From NCBI GenBank assembly GCA_964247055.1, contig OZ176057.1, forward strand, positions 558,001 through 622,000: 64,000 nucleotides of DNA, given 5' to 3'. Positions 39,907-54,889 of this stretch are shown one piece after another. Origin of the DNA: Paragordius varius (taxonomy: Eukaryota; Animalia; Nematomorpha). The notes beneath the pieces are model-generated. The model did not search any database. It was not told the DNA's origin and was given only the letters and a program-made list of their open reading frames with translations. Numbering within the stretch: the stretch's first letter is position 1; each line of letters starts with the position of its first letter. The translations under genes were made by a program, and so were the position numbers.

Positions 39907-42900
39907 ATGTACAATGATAATTCCAATGTATGGAACAATGATAAACCCAAGGATTATGGTAATATTCACACCTTAAAGTCACCCTTAAACAATTCAAATT
40001 TAACAAATTCAAATTTACCCTTGAACAAATTAAATTGACCCTAAAAATAAATTACGTTTGTTATTATGATTAAAATTTACTTATATTTTTTAGTAGTTTT
40101 AAAAAAAATGAAATTTTGCTTAAATTAATATAATACTGAAAAAATAATAAATGTGCCTTAAAGATATATTTCATGTTAATAATGATTTATATTATCCTGA
40201 TAACATACAATTTATTTTTAGGGTGAATTTGAATCCTAAATGTTATAATATTTAAAACATTGAAAATTAATATAAAGGCAATCCTACCTAAAACTAAACG
40301 CCAGATATTCTTTTGAAAAGATCCAACACTTTTCTAATTCTTTAACAACTTTTGATTTTATGTGACAATATAGATTTAAATTGTTATTAACTCAGTTGGG
40401 TACAGTAGAAACTGCATTTATACGGACAAAAGGTATATAAAGAAAAAATATTTTTTTCTAAAAAACAACAAAATTTTTTAAACCTTAATTTTTCTCATTA
40501 TAAATTATATAATTACGCTTGTAAAATATATATTGTGGTAATTATATAATTTATGTGATAAAAATCAAGTAAAAGTATGATTGTCTTTCTATATGAAATA
40601 TATATAGTTTTACATAAGATTTGCCCTTATAATTTTAAATTATACAATATATCAACTATTTCAGGTAGCATAAGATATCAAAAAAACTTTTTTAGTGAAG
40701 ATAAAATAAAATCGCCAAAAAAATGTTTTAAAAAGTGCACCCGAGTAAGCATTTTCTTTTGAATAAATGTAACAATTTGATAGGCATTACGAAAAATTTG
40801 ATTAGTAAAGAATGACCTTAGTAAAATTAAAATCACTTTGTTATTTTAGTATATTATAAGTATTTATTGGCAATATTTGTGAAATGATAGCCATTAGACG
40901 ATATAGTTTTTGATGTATTGACTTGTGTATTCCAAAAAACATAACTATGAATGGATATCTAAAAATCATCAATTTATTAAATTTAGACGTAAAACTTAAA
41001 TATTACATAAAGAAAACTCTAAAAACATTCTTTTAGTCAAATTTTTGCCTTTATATATACACTTGTAAATAATAGTTTAATAAATTTAATGTAATAAATT
41101 TAAAAATAAATTGTGAATATTAGAATAATATCATTTATTTATTTAATAGAACACCCAAAACGATTTGTCACGTTCATTAGCGATGTTTTATGGCCAAATA
41201 ATAACGTTTCAGAGAGCGGGTCAGCTGTGAGAGGACCAGATGTTAAGATTTTACTTCCGTGTGGCGCAGTCTTTACCGCACACAAAATTGTGCTTGGGGC
41301 CCAGAGCCGGAGTTTCGGGGATATTTGGTTGAGGGACCCTGAACTGGGAACATATGATTTCAGATCAGCTGATAAACAGTATGGATACATTACACCCCGA
41401 GGTTTTATGGCTGCCTTGGAGTATATGTACACGGGACGCGTTAAAAACTTGACAGACCCAATGTTAATTCAAGAGCTTTATAGAATAGCTAATGATTTCC
41501 TTATTATGGGTTTACTAACAATCATGAATGAAACTCTTCAACAGGCAAATGGTTTTGCCGGACAACAAATGCCAGCTGGGGCGGGAGGCACTTTTGAGGG
41601 CCAAAACTTTGGAGGTTTATCATAGAAAATATAAAACGGAACAATGCTTGTCAGATATGCTATAAGTTAACACAACACTAGTGTTTTGCCATAGGCAATT
41701 GTATGCCAATATGTTACTTTTTGTTTTAAAGGGCAGTAAAAATACTACATATACTGCTGAGCCCATAAATAGAAAATATCGCTCGTGAGAAGTCACTATC
41801 ACGAGGTATTGCAAAAATATTTTAATTATTTTAAGTCCAAGGTGCAATCTTTAGTTTTATTTTTATACAATAACGTGAATTATTCCATTTTTTTGTAAAT
41901 AAATGGCTTAAATGGAATTTAATATACATGTCAGTTGACATGTATGACATTTTTCGCATATATTTTTTTTGCATTTTTAAAAATTATGCAGAATATGTGT
42001 CCAATATTAATTATGTGACAAATAAAGTCAAAAATCATTTACATATGGCAACAGATAACTGTTTAAAATCGCCTTTTACCCATATACAGTAAAAATTGAA
42101 ATTATACCCACCAAAGGTAAAATATAAAGACAAATATTTTTTTTCTACAAGACAATGATAAAAAATTAAATTTTGATTTTTTTTGTTTGAAATGTGTTAT
42201 AAAGATGAACCAATCATATATGTTAAAATTGATAAAATAGCTTATATAAGAAACGTTAAGGTTTAACAAAGTAGGGTTGTTGTCTTGTGATAAAAAATTG
42301 TCTTTATATTTTTCCCAAGTTTTGTCCGTATAGTTTCAATTTTTACTGTAAAAATTCCGAAGTGTATACTCGTTATATATAGGTTTTGATATGAGGAGCC
42401 TTGCTAATAATAATGCGCCACCACCCCAAATGCCCATTTCATATTTTGAAAGTTGGGCCACCAAACAAGCTCAAAGACAATCTCAAACAGCAATGAATCC
42501 AGCTTTGGGGTGTGTCGTTCCAGGAACCGCAAATTCCAATTTTTTCGATAACATTGGTATTAACACAAAAGCACCATCGATTAGCAATGCATATCAATCG
42601 TTTCAACAATCGCCATTTTCAATGTAAGATATTTTACGTTTTTTTATCTAAAGAATATAATATTTTTTAAGACAAAAGAAAACCTTCTTTAAATTGTAAT
42701 ATATATATATTGATTCAAATAATCTTTTCTATCAAAGCGAAAGTATTAGTTCTTAAAGAAAAGGAAGAATTCATATTTTATTTGAAATTAAGAAAAGAGA
42801 TTTTAAGGAACCTAATAAAATATGAAATTTCCCGCTTTTATATTTTATGTAATTAAATGCGACTGTAATTTATCATTAAAAAGATTTGAATATTTTTATA

Positions 42901-45242
42901 AAAGTTATGCTTTTTAAGGTGCTGTTAATGTATTATATTATATAATATAGAGTGTATTATGAAATTTCGTTTCCCCAGGCTTCATATTTTTGGTTGTGCA
43001 ATTTACCATATGATTTGCAAATTGGTTTTGAGTGCTAAAACTTTTTTGTAATTATGTCAGTTATGGCATGAGTGTAAATAAATATATATATATATATATC
43101 TTAATCCATATTTTTTTACGAAAATATTTGAAACGTAATTCAAAACACTTTTTTAAAAAGAGTCAGAAGAAATTTATTAAGGCCAACTAAAAAATGGTGT
43201 GGTTTAAAACAATTACATACCTATTTTGCGCAGATATATACAAGTATGTTTGAATAAATTTTGTTTTTATACGGTTTCGTTTAACCGGTTCTCTGATGAT
43301 TTAAGTCTTACAAAGTAATCAGTTAATTTATTTTCACCGATAATATAGGTTTTAACTTGAATATAAAATTCCAATCCTATTTTTAATAGTTTTATAATTT
43401 TATAACCAATTATTCAAAAAATATCACATTTTTTCGATATATTTGACTTATAAAATAAAATAAACGACCGACAATTCATGAAATTTAGTGAGAGAAACCC
43501 GTTAAAGAATTATTTATCAATAAATAAACGCTTTTTAATAAATTTTTTTAAAAAAAATTGTCTTATATTTCAAAGATGCGCAACTTGCGGTGTTCCCCTC
43601 ACGCCCAATAATAACTTTAGTAATAATACTAATAATAATTATGCCCCCTACAATTTTAATAATAATAATGTCAACATGAATAATAATTATTCAAACAATT
43701 TTGGTTCTGCAAATCGTCGCTTTACCACAGATGCTATGGATCCGACCAGCAGTGTTTTGTATTGCATTCCAACTGTAAATCAAATTTCTCCCTTCCCACA
43801 CCATGCCATGTCTCCAGGCACGAATCCACCTGTTCAAAATCCTAATCCGAATTTCGTAAGTTTTTGTCAATTTTTTAGACATTTTTTTATTGTAAAATGA
43901 AAAGAATTTACGATTTGGATTTATTATTATACAGTAAAAATTGAAATTATACACGGACAAAATGTAAAAATATAAAGACAAGTTTTTTTTACAAAACTTA
44001 ATGTTTCTTATATAAGCTATTTAATTACAATTGTTAAATATGTAAAATTGATTGTGTTAGTAATATACCTCTCTATAAGACACTTTGCCATTTCAAACAA
44101 TGTATAAAAAAATCAAGATTTAAAAACTATCATTGTCTTGTGGAAAAAAAATATGGTCTTTATATTTTTACGTTGTATAATTTCATTTTTTACTGTATCT
44201 AATGAATAAAATGATATTCTTGTGGACATACAATTGTTAATATTTTATGAAAATGTGATATTTACTAAATAAGATTAGGTCTTTACAGTAAAAATTTAAA
44301 TTTAAATTTAAAGACATAACATAAAACAAAAGACAAAACCATACTTTAAACCTTGAGTATTCCCACAAACTATTATAATTTTGAATTATATAATTGAGTT
44401 CATAAACAAATAATATTTTTATTCCCTATATCAACTAAAATAATTAGTTTCTATATTTAAAAAAATATAATTGTCTTTTATAATGCCTTATACATTTTAT
44501 TACTGTATCTTATAAAACAATATAATATATGAGAAAAAACCAAGATTATTAACATTATGACCTTTTCACTTTTTTTGTCCTAGCTAATTAATGGGTTAGT
44601 TTATCCCATATGTCAAGCTTGTAAATGTACTACTGTTTTGAAAGTTATTTTAGTAAAATTTAATATCAAACACATTGTTCGCATTAAAATCACAAGAGAT
44701 CATGTTTTTGCTGGTATGTAGCCTAAAAGCTTTTAAAAGTTATTCATTTATATTTTTAAACCATAATATACATTTATTTGCCTGTTACATTAGCGATGTA
44801 CAAAAATTTAAAGGAAAAAATGGCGGCTAAAAATAATTTTTTTTATAATGAGCCTGAGAGAAGCAAATTATTCGCCTAATACCTTAATCGCTTTGGGATA
44901 TAAAACTACCCTAAAACGCCATGGAGTGTCAATAAAGTCAAGGTTTATTAGATATGGTTGTGTTTTTAACGAAATATGATTTATATTAGCTTTGGCTGTA
45001 TAATTTTAATGTACACCGTAATTTTTAGAGGTTTTGTAAATATTCCAAAAAAGATTATCAATTTAGAGTCAATCTAATTTTGACAATCCTCCAAATAACA
45101 ATTTTTACTCAAATCCCGCGTTTTCCAATATGGCTGGCGGTATGCAATTAATGAATTATCCAGGAACTAATTTTGCTCATTCCAGACTTCGGTACAAAAA
45201 TTTGAGTGCCGAAGAATTCTTAGCGCTTAGTTTTGAAGAGGT

Positions 45243-45274
<32 letters not shown>

Positions 45275-48200
45275 TTTTATGCTAAATTTTTAACCTATAC
45301 AGTATGCATTAATGGTTGTTTATATCACATTTTAGTAGGGAAATTTGCAACACAGTAGCGTTTATTGTTTATTGAAAAAAGAAAGGAAATAATTGTTCAT
45401 TTGTTTTTTCCATACACTACTGTGTTGCGATTTGCCCATTTATAGTGTGAAATAAGCAACCATCAAAATGCATACTGTAATTTGGTGGATTGGCTAAAAT
45501 AAAGTATATTCCTTATATAAAAGTGTTAATTAATTCAATTTCAATTCATGGCAAAACATAAAAACAAAAGGAACATTTTTTTTGCAAAGGCATCATATAT
45601 TTAAAAACCTTGATTATGGGTATGTTGCCACACCTCTAATTTATTTTGCAATCCAAAATGAAAGAAAATACAATATTTGAAATTAAACAGACGAAGCGTA
45701 AATCTAAAAGACAAATGTGTTTTTTTATAAGAGATAACAATATATTTTTAAACTTAATTTCCATATAAACTAACTAACTACGATTTTACAATATATATTT
45801 GATTTTGTGGCTACATCTCTATTCACTATTTTTTAACCCGAGATGAGTTTTAAAAACACTTTATACAAAGTATGGTTATCTTTTGAAAAAATTTTCTTTT
45901 ACGTTCTCTCTCTATAATTTTAATTTTGATAACAAACTACAGCGGTTTATATAACAAAAATTTTTCACATATTTTTTACAATATCTATTTTTATATTTAT
46001 AATAATTAATGCAGAGAAATTTCGTAATAGTTTTTACTCTTTTTTCCTAAGGGTAAATTTGATTTTGTGAATTTTTTTTCTCATTATATACCAGGGGTGG
46101 CCACACTTTTTTTGTCGCGAGCTTTTTTTTTGGCTTTTTTGTTAAAAAAAGAGTTCGCGGTCACCCAGAAATATTTATCAAAAAAACTCAATCAACACTT
46201 TAAATGATGTATATACCTGCTTTACAGATTAGAGTGACTTGTTTAAACCATTTTAATATTGTAATTTTTTTTATCTATCAACCAAATACAAAAATAATTT
46301 TAATTAAAAGACAACGGGTTATTAACTACCTTAATTTTTTAACCAACATAAAACACTTCAAAATATTTATTTATTAAATTTCTATTATATGAAATTTTAC
46401 AATATAAAAATTTAAACAATGCATTTGAAATTACAGGGGAGAATACATTAAGATACAAAAAATAAAAGAAATAAAAAATAGCATTCCAATTTAGAACCAT
46501 AATTTGAACATAAATAAGAGTACATTAAAATTGTATCAGTTTTAATTCTATCCACATATTTTTTAGTAAATCGGCTTTTTCCTAAGCGAAAATACAACTC
46601 GATAAACATCCATATTTAATAAAGAAAAAAATATTTAAAACGCCCGACTGCGAAAAAATTCAGAAAGTTTATCTAAATTAGGTTCAAATGAAGTCAAAGC
46701 AATTCTCAAACATGATTCTAAATGTTTATTAGTTAATTGTGACCTCTGTTTAGTTTTGATAGCATTCATAATTGAAAAAGCCGATTCACATAAATATGTG
46801 TATCCAAAAAAAGAATTGAATAATGCAGCGGTTTTCCAAATATGGGGGTATTTATCTTTATTTATAAATTTATATATATCTGATCCTAATGATTTTAGAT
46901 GGATATCGCATTTAACATTTATTAATTCCTCTTCCAACTCTGCTAAATTTGGTACACCAAGAAAATGGCTGAGTTTGAGCAATATATTCAACATTATTAT
47001 TATTATTAAATGGGCATGATAAAAAAATAGCGATGTCTTCAAGTTTATTTATAGATGAAAATCGTTTTTCAAAATCATTAATAAGCAGACCAATATCATC
47101 TGCATATTTTTCAAAAGAGAGATTCTCTATTTTTTCAGACACCGCTGCCAGATTAAAAAAATGTTTTAAATCTCGGTTTATTAATTGTGTTTCTACTACT
47201 GTTAGTGTTTCCTTAAAAGATTTTAAAGCACCCATCATATCCATTATTGTTTTATCTTTTCCTTGTAATTGGATGTTTAATTTATGCAATTTTTCCGTGA
47301 TATCGCATAAAAATACAAGATCAAGCAGCCAATCTTGATCTTTCAATTCAGGGTATGAAAATTTAGAATTCTCTAAAAAATTTCTATTTGTGGTAAAAGT
47401 TGCCTAAATCTAATTAAAAATGCGGCACGACTCAACCACCTTACATCAGTATGTAATAAAAGTTCTCCATTTACACGCCGCACTCATTTAACAAAATTCG
47501 AAATTGGCGGCGGGACAAGCTTTTTGTTCGAATGGCGTTAACAATTTTAAAACAGGGGTTCATTACATGATGGTATTTTAAAACTTTTGAACATAAAACT
47601 TGATTATGGATTATACAATGGTAATCAATAAACTTGGGAAATGCACTGTGATTTTTACATAAAGCGATAAAGCCGTTGTTAACGCCAATCATAGCTGGAG
47701 CTCCATCAGTAGTTATAGATGCGAGTTTTACGATGGGAAGTTTCGTATCTGTGATAAATTTATAAAAATAATCAAAAATATCCTGCCCTCTGGTTCGTTC
47801 GTGGAGAGGTATAATAGTTAATAATTCCTCCTTTGCAGATAAATCACTAAATATCATACGAATAAAAATGCATAATTGGGCGATTCCAACATAATCGGTG
47901 GACTCATCGAGTTGCAAGGAAAAAAAATACAGTTATTAATATTTTCATGTAAAATTTCATGAAGATTATTACTAATATCTTCAGCCCTGCGCATAACGGT
48001 ATTTCTCGATAAGCTTATGCTTTTAATAGCTGTCATAATATTATTTTTGTTACCAAATTTTCAAATAAAATATCACAAGCGCTAATAAAGGCTTCTTTAA
48101 ATATTTCACCATCTTGGAATGGCTTATTGTTCCGAATTATTTCCGCTACCTTGAATGAAGCAATCGTAGCATTTTTATAGTCTTTGTTGTATTTAAGTAT

Positions 48201-51200
48201 GCTATTTTGTGAGGCGGATAATTGTTCTTTTAATTCCTTTACTTTAATGTTGCGTTCTTGAGTTTGTAAGGGGTATTTTTTGGAGTAATGTGGATGCAGA
48301 GATCTATAATGTCTTTCAATATTTGACTTTTTGGGCAAAGCAACAGTACTATTGCATATTAGACAGGTGCATGTTTCATTTATCATAATAAAAAAGTATT
48401 CATGCTCCCAATCTTTCTTGTATCTGTACAACTTTTTTTGGCTCATTCTAAAATATAAGTTTTAAAAACCTACTTTTGGTGTATCAAATCAAATCTAACT
48501 TCACGATTATGCTTCTGATTTATGAATAAGCTTTGCTCAAAGTTTTGATATATTCAAGGGAAATGACTGATTTTAAGTTTTAATGCAAATGCTCCAAAAC
48601 ATATAAATTATAATTAATAAAATAATTTTTTTACACCCTTTTCTTAGACGTTTTTTTTAATTTAAACCATATTTTTTTGTATTTTAGATTTAAATTCGCT
48701 CAGAAGTAGCCAACTATCCGAAAAAAATCAATAAAATTTTTTTTTAAAAAAATATTTTCAGGCGGTCACTTTTTGAGTTGTCGCGGTCACGAAAGTGACC
48801 GCGGTCACCTCGTTGGCCACCCCTGTTATATACCATTTACCGTACCCTAAAAAATTATTATGTCTTTTCGGGGTAATAATTCATATTTTTCCAGTATTAT
48901 TTTATTTTTAATCAAAATTTTATATTTTAAAAATATAAAAAATATATTTTAATCCTAAAAACACATAATTTTGTTTTAGGGTAAATTTGGATTGTTCAAG
49001 GGTGAATTTGAATTGCTCGAGGATAAATTTGAATTGTTTGAGGATAAATTTAAATTGTTCAAGGGTAAATTTGAGCTTTGAATGATATATCTTGTTACGC
49101 ATTCGTCACAGGTTTACACAATCCTAAGTGACGATTATCTAGTCGCTTCACCAATCATAAGTGGATCTCCCACATCAGCTGATTTGTTCCAACCAACCAA
49201 TTATAGCGGTGCAGAAACTGAGTTGGCCATTTTTACGGCCGCTTGGCGATGGATTTATCATGCCCGCTTTACGCGATTCACTAAAACGAGAGACCTTATG
49301 ACGTGCGTTAGGTTTCCCCTACTATCTATCCGCCAATTGGCTATGTTGGGACGTGAATTGGTCAATGTGCCTGAAACGCATGATTTACTGTTTGATGCTT
49401 GTTGGTAAATTACACAGATATAATATAAATAACTTAAAAAGTATATAGATTTTTTGTATCTTAAAACTTCAACATAATTATCATCAATGGTACTCAAAAA
49501 GAATTATGAATTTCCTAAAGCCTCCAATTAATAATATTTATTGTAGAATATAATAGTATAAAATATATGTAATAATATTTGGTCATATACAATAATAAAT
49601 TATGCGAAGACATCATCAACGATGTCCATCGTCAGGGGTTAAAGCTAAAAAACGGAGATATTAATCATTGCTTTCTTTATATACGATTTCTAAATAAGTT
49701 TTAGTATATCATTCAAATCCAGCCATATAATATATATTGCAGATTTACAAAACTGCTCTATGCTTTAAAATTTAACTACAATATATTTATTTATACCATA
49801 TATAAGAATATAATGAGGCTTACCTGTAATATTTGGGAATCGATTTTTCAAACATAAAGCAAACCTATCTGTTAATGACTCCCTCACCTTTAAATTAAAA
49901 CTGGGCTTTCATTATATTTTCCAATATTTATTATTATCTGATTAACTAGGTACCATACTTGTGTACAAATGAACATGCTTGATTTGTTGCACTTTGTACC
50001 ACCCCAACCAAGGAAACAATCTCCAAATGCTGGCCCTCTTGAACCGTTTGATCAGTTTTCAATCCTAAGACAGCCTACACCTGAACGATTCGGTATTATA
50101 TATATATATATCGATTAAAAAGACCTTAAGCAAAAACTTTTTTTTATAAAAAATTTATCTAATAATTAGTCCAAAGAGTTTAATTTTCTTTTGAAATGAC
50201 TCTATGATATAACTTGCTATAATGAGATAATTAAAACCTTAAACATCTGTTTCATTACCAAAAAATATGTTTAAATAAATTGCTAAAAAAATATATTACA
50301 TAAAAAAGTAAAAGTGTACAAAGAGTAAAAACTAAAAAAAACAAATATGATAGAAAAAGAAGCTGGGTATATCTTACATATACTTTATAATACAGTAAAA
50401 ATTGAAATTATACAGATAACGTAAAAATATAAAAACAAATTCAATTTTCCAAAAGACAATATTTAAATTAAAATTTTATATAAAACTCATTGTTTGTGTT
50501 ATAGAGATGTATAGTACTAACACAATCAATTTCATATATTACAATAATATAAAAACACTAGCGTAAATCTCGTGCTGCTACGCAGCCCGAGGAAGTCCTT
50601 AGGACTTCTGGGGGGGGTTTCGAAGTTTGGATTTGAATGGGTCTACCGGTTTTCCGGTACCAGATCACAAAGTTACATGATGAATCAGTTTTTAGCGGGT
50701 AGCTCCTTACCTAGCAGCTATCATCAAAGAAACGCCTGACTAAAATTTTTGCCTTTTAACAGGAAATAGGTGGAACCCATATTGAATTTTTACTGTATCA
50801 TACTTAGGGCAAAAAATAGATTTAAAAAATATTTTTGTGGACTTTGTTTTTTGAAAAAAATGGCATTGTACGGGGGGAGCGGGTAAAAAGAGGGCCTAAA
50901 TCAAAAAAGTGACTCGACTATGTTCGGCGCAATAAAATAAGTAAACAAAAATCATATTTGAAATTGAATGGTCCAACACGTTCTCCGGAAAATTGTCTAA
51001 AAAACACGATTTTGTGGACTTTGTTTTTTGAAAAAAATGGTATTGTACAGGGGGAGCGGGTAAAAAGAGGGCCTAAATCAAAAAAGTCACTCGACTATGT
51101 TCAGCGCGATCAAAAATAAGTAAACAAAAATCATATTTGAAATTGAATGGTTTAACACGTTCTCCAAAAAATTGACTTAACCCATTTTTCACACGGGGTG

Positions 51201-54200
51201 GGCCCAAACTGGGGACCTAATTCCAAAAAAGGGCGAAGCTATTGTCGGGGCATTCATTAATGATTAAATTTTTTTGATGTTTGGATTTGAATGGCTTCAC
51301 CGGTTTTCCGGAAACAGATCACAAAGTTATATGAAAAATCAGTTTTTAGCGGGTAGCTCCTTACCCAGCAGCTATCATCAAATAAACGGTAAACTAAAAT
51401 TTTTGCCTTTTAACAGGGAATACGTGGAATCTTTATTGAATTTTTACGGTCTCATACCTAAGGCGAAAAATCGATTTAAAAAAATATTTTTGTGGACTTT
51501 GTTTTTTGAAAAAGGTGGCATTTTACGGGGGGAGCGGTTAAAAAGAGGGCCTAAATCAAAAAAGTGACTCGACTATGTTCGGCGCAATCGAAAATAAGTA
51601 AACAAAAATCATATTTGAAATTGAATGGTCCACACGTTCTCCGGAAAATTGTCTCAAAAACACGATTTTTAGGACTTCTGTTTTTAAAAAAAAACCGTTT
51701 TTCACACGGGGTGGGCCCAAACTGGGGACCTAATTCCAAAAAAGGGCGAAGCTATTGTCAGGACATTTATTAATGATTATATTTTTTCGATATTTGGATT
51801 TGATTGGGTCTACCGGTTTTCCTGTACCAGATCACAAAGCCAGCATTTTCCATTTTTATAAATATATAGATTACCATAAATAATGTTTTAATATCCATAT
51901 ATCTTTTAACATGCTATACATGTGATAGATACTCCTTACTCAGCAGCTATCATCAAAGAAACGACTGACTAAAATTTTTGCCTTTTAACAGGCAATACGA
52001 AAAATCTTTCTCGAATTTTTACAGGCTCATACCGTGGGCAAAAAAATACAATCAAAAAATAATTTTTCTGGACTTTGTTTTTTTTGAAAAAAATGGCATT
52101 GTACAAGGGGAGCGGGTAAAAAGAGGGCCTAAATCAAAAAAGTCACTCGACTATGTTCAGCGCGTTCAAAAATAAGTAAACAAAAATCATATTTGAAATT
52201 GAATGGTTCAACACGTTCTCCAAAAAATTGACTTAACCCATTTTTCACACGGGGTGGGCCCAAACTGGGGACCTAATTCCAAAAAAGGGCGAAGTTATTG
52301 TCGGGGCATTCATTAATGATTAATTTTTTTCGATGTTTGGATTTGAATGGCTTCACCGGTTTTCCGGAAACAGATCACAAAGTTATATGAAAAATCAGTT
52401 TTTAGCGGGTAGCTCCTTACCCAGCAGCTATCATCAAATAAACGGTGGACTAAAATTTTTGCCTTTTAACAGGGAATACGTGGAATCTTTATTGAATTTT
52501 TACGGTCTCATACCTAAGGCGAAAAATCGATTTAAAAAAATATTTTTGTGGACTTTGTTTTTTGAAAAAGGTGGCATTTTACGGGGGGAGCGGGTAAAAA
52601 GAGGGCCTAAATCAAAAAAGTGACTCGACTATGTTCGGCGCAATCGAAAATAAGTAAACAAAAATCATATTTGAAATTGAATGGTTCAACACGTTCTCCA
52701 AAAAATTGACTTAACCCATTTTTCACACGGGGTGAGCCCAAACTGGGGACCTAATTCCAAAAAAGGGCGAAGCTATTGTCGGGGCATTCATTAATGATTA
52801 AATTTTTTTGATGTTTGGATTTGAATGGCTTCACCGGTTTTCCGGAAACAGATCACAAAGTTATATGAAAAATCAGTTTTTAGCGGGTAGCTCCTTACCC
52901 AGCAGCTATCATCAAATAAACGGTGGACTAAAATTTTTGCCTTTTAACAGGCAATACGAAAAATCTTTCTCGAATTTTTACGGTCTCATACCTAAGGCGA
53001 AATATCGATTTAAAAAAATATTTTTGTGGATTTTGTTTTTTGAAAAAGGTGGCATTTTACGGGGGGAGCATATAAAAAGAGGGCCTAAATCAAAAAAGTG
53101 ACTCGACTATGTTCGGCGCAATCGAAAATAAGTAAACAAAAATCATATTTGAAATTGAATGGTTCAACACATTCTCCAAAAAATTGACTTAACCCATTTT
53201 TCACACGGGGTGGGCCCAAACTGGGGACCTAATTCCAAAAAAGGGCGAAGCTATTGTCAGGACATTTATTAATGATTATATTTTTTCGATATTTGGATTT
53301 GATTGGGTCTACCGGTTTTCCTGTACCAGATCACAAAGCCAGCATTTTCCATTTTTATAAATATATAGATTAAGGTTTGAATAATGGGGATGTCTTTTGA
53401 AAAAAAATTATTGTCTTTACATTTTTACGTGTCCATAGTATATTTAAATTCTTCCTGTAATTACAATTTCAAAGTATGTAATAACAGAGTATGTTACCAA
53501 TATACATCTCTATTCTTTATTGGTAAAAACGTTGATCCAAATTTAAAATAGTTGATTTAAAATTGCTGGAATTATTAAATTTTTATTATGTAATATATTT
53601 TCTATTTGATAAATTGTATAGTGCCTACCCTTTCACAATACCCACAATATTTACAACAACAAGCCTGGTTTAATCAACAGGTTATTAAATATATTATTTG
53701 TATAGGTAAATAAGGTATACCATTTATAATTCATATTCACCCTTAAACAATTCAAATTCACCCTTGAACAATTTAAATTCTCCCTTGAACAATTCAAATT
53801 CACCCTCAAACAATCCAAATTCACCCTCAAAAAAATAGATTTTTTTTAAATTAATTTATAAATATTTTTAAAAAATAAAATTTGTTTTAAATTAAAATTA
53901 TACTGAAAAATAATAAACTATGCCATTAAAATATATTTCATATTAATAATGAGTTATGTTAGTTCAAAAAATAATATATTTTTAGGGTAAATTTGAATTG
54001 TTCGAGGGCAAATTCGAATTGTTCAAGGGTGAATTTGAACTGTAAATGGTGCCATAGTAAAATAATAACTTGTCTCATCCTCGGATTCTGTCTGCTATGG
54101 TATCTTCATGTTATGATTTGATTCAAGAATTCTTTCTTTTATTGCCTAGATTTTATTTTCCTACAACTATTTTATTTTCGATTGATTGTTTTTATACAAT

Positions 54201-54475
54201 GAAATAATGATAATACCGCTTTGAATGTGCCTGACAAAACACACGTAATCTATTTTTACCATTTTTTCTAGTGTCGGGTTATTATCCGTACTAATATATA
54301 AAAGGTTAAAGTTTGTCCTTTCTTCCCCATATCAACTTAAACATTTTCATTTCTGTAAAGTTAAATGGCCTTCTTTGTGTTTTAAAACTCCGGAAATTCA
54401 AACTGTATGTACAGCAATTTAAAGTGAACAATCAAACCGATGACGCGCCATAAATATAGTGTTAAAGCGGGAGGT

Positions 54476-54545
<70 letters not shown>

Positions 54546-54853
54546 ATTTACAGTTCAAATTCACCCTTAAACAATTCAAATTCACCCTTGAACAATTCAA
54601 ATTCTCCCTCGAACAATTCAAATTCACCCTCAAATAAAATATCTGTTTTTGGAGATTAAAAATTACCTATATTTTTATATATTTTAGGAAAATTAAAATT
54701 TTGTTTTAATTTAAAACAACACTGAAAAAATAATAAACTATAACATAAACATATATTTCATATTTATAATGAGTTATATTAGTTCGAAAACACATAATAT
54801 ATTTTTAGGGTAAATTTGAAATGTGCAAGGGTGAATTTGAAGTAAATGGTTTA

Positions 54854-54889
<36 letters not shown>

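Noticed and set aside
43478-43981. Stand-alone ORFs 43478-43900 (+) and 43691-43981 (-), and other antisense ORFs over real exons (e.g. 8309, 41139, 46756, 47033, 56579)
   Set aside because: They are intron read-in extensions or antisense shadows of genuine exons.
51274-53101. Three near-identical ~97-aa ORFs (MFGFEWLHRFSGNRSQ...)
   Set aside because: They are copies of the Helitron internal unit, antisense to the element, disrupted in other copies, and have no recognisable motif.
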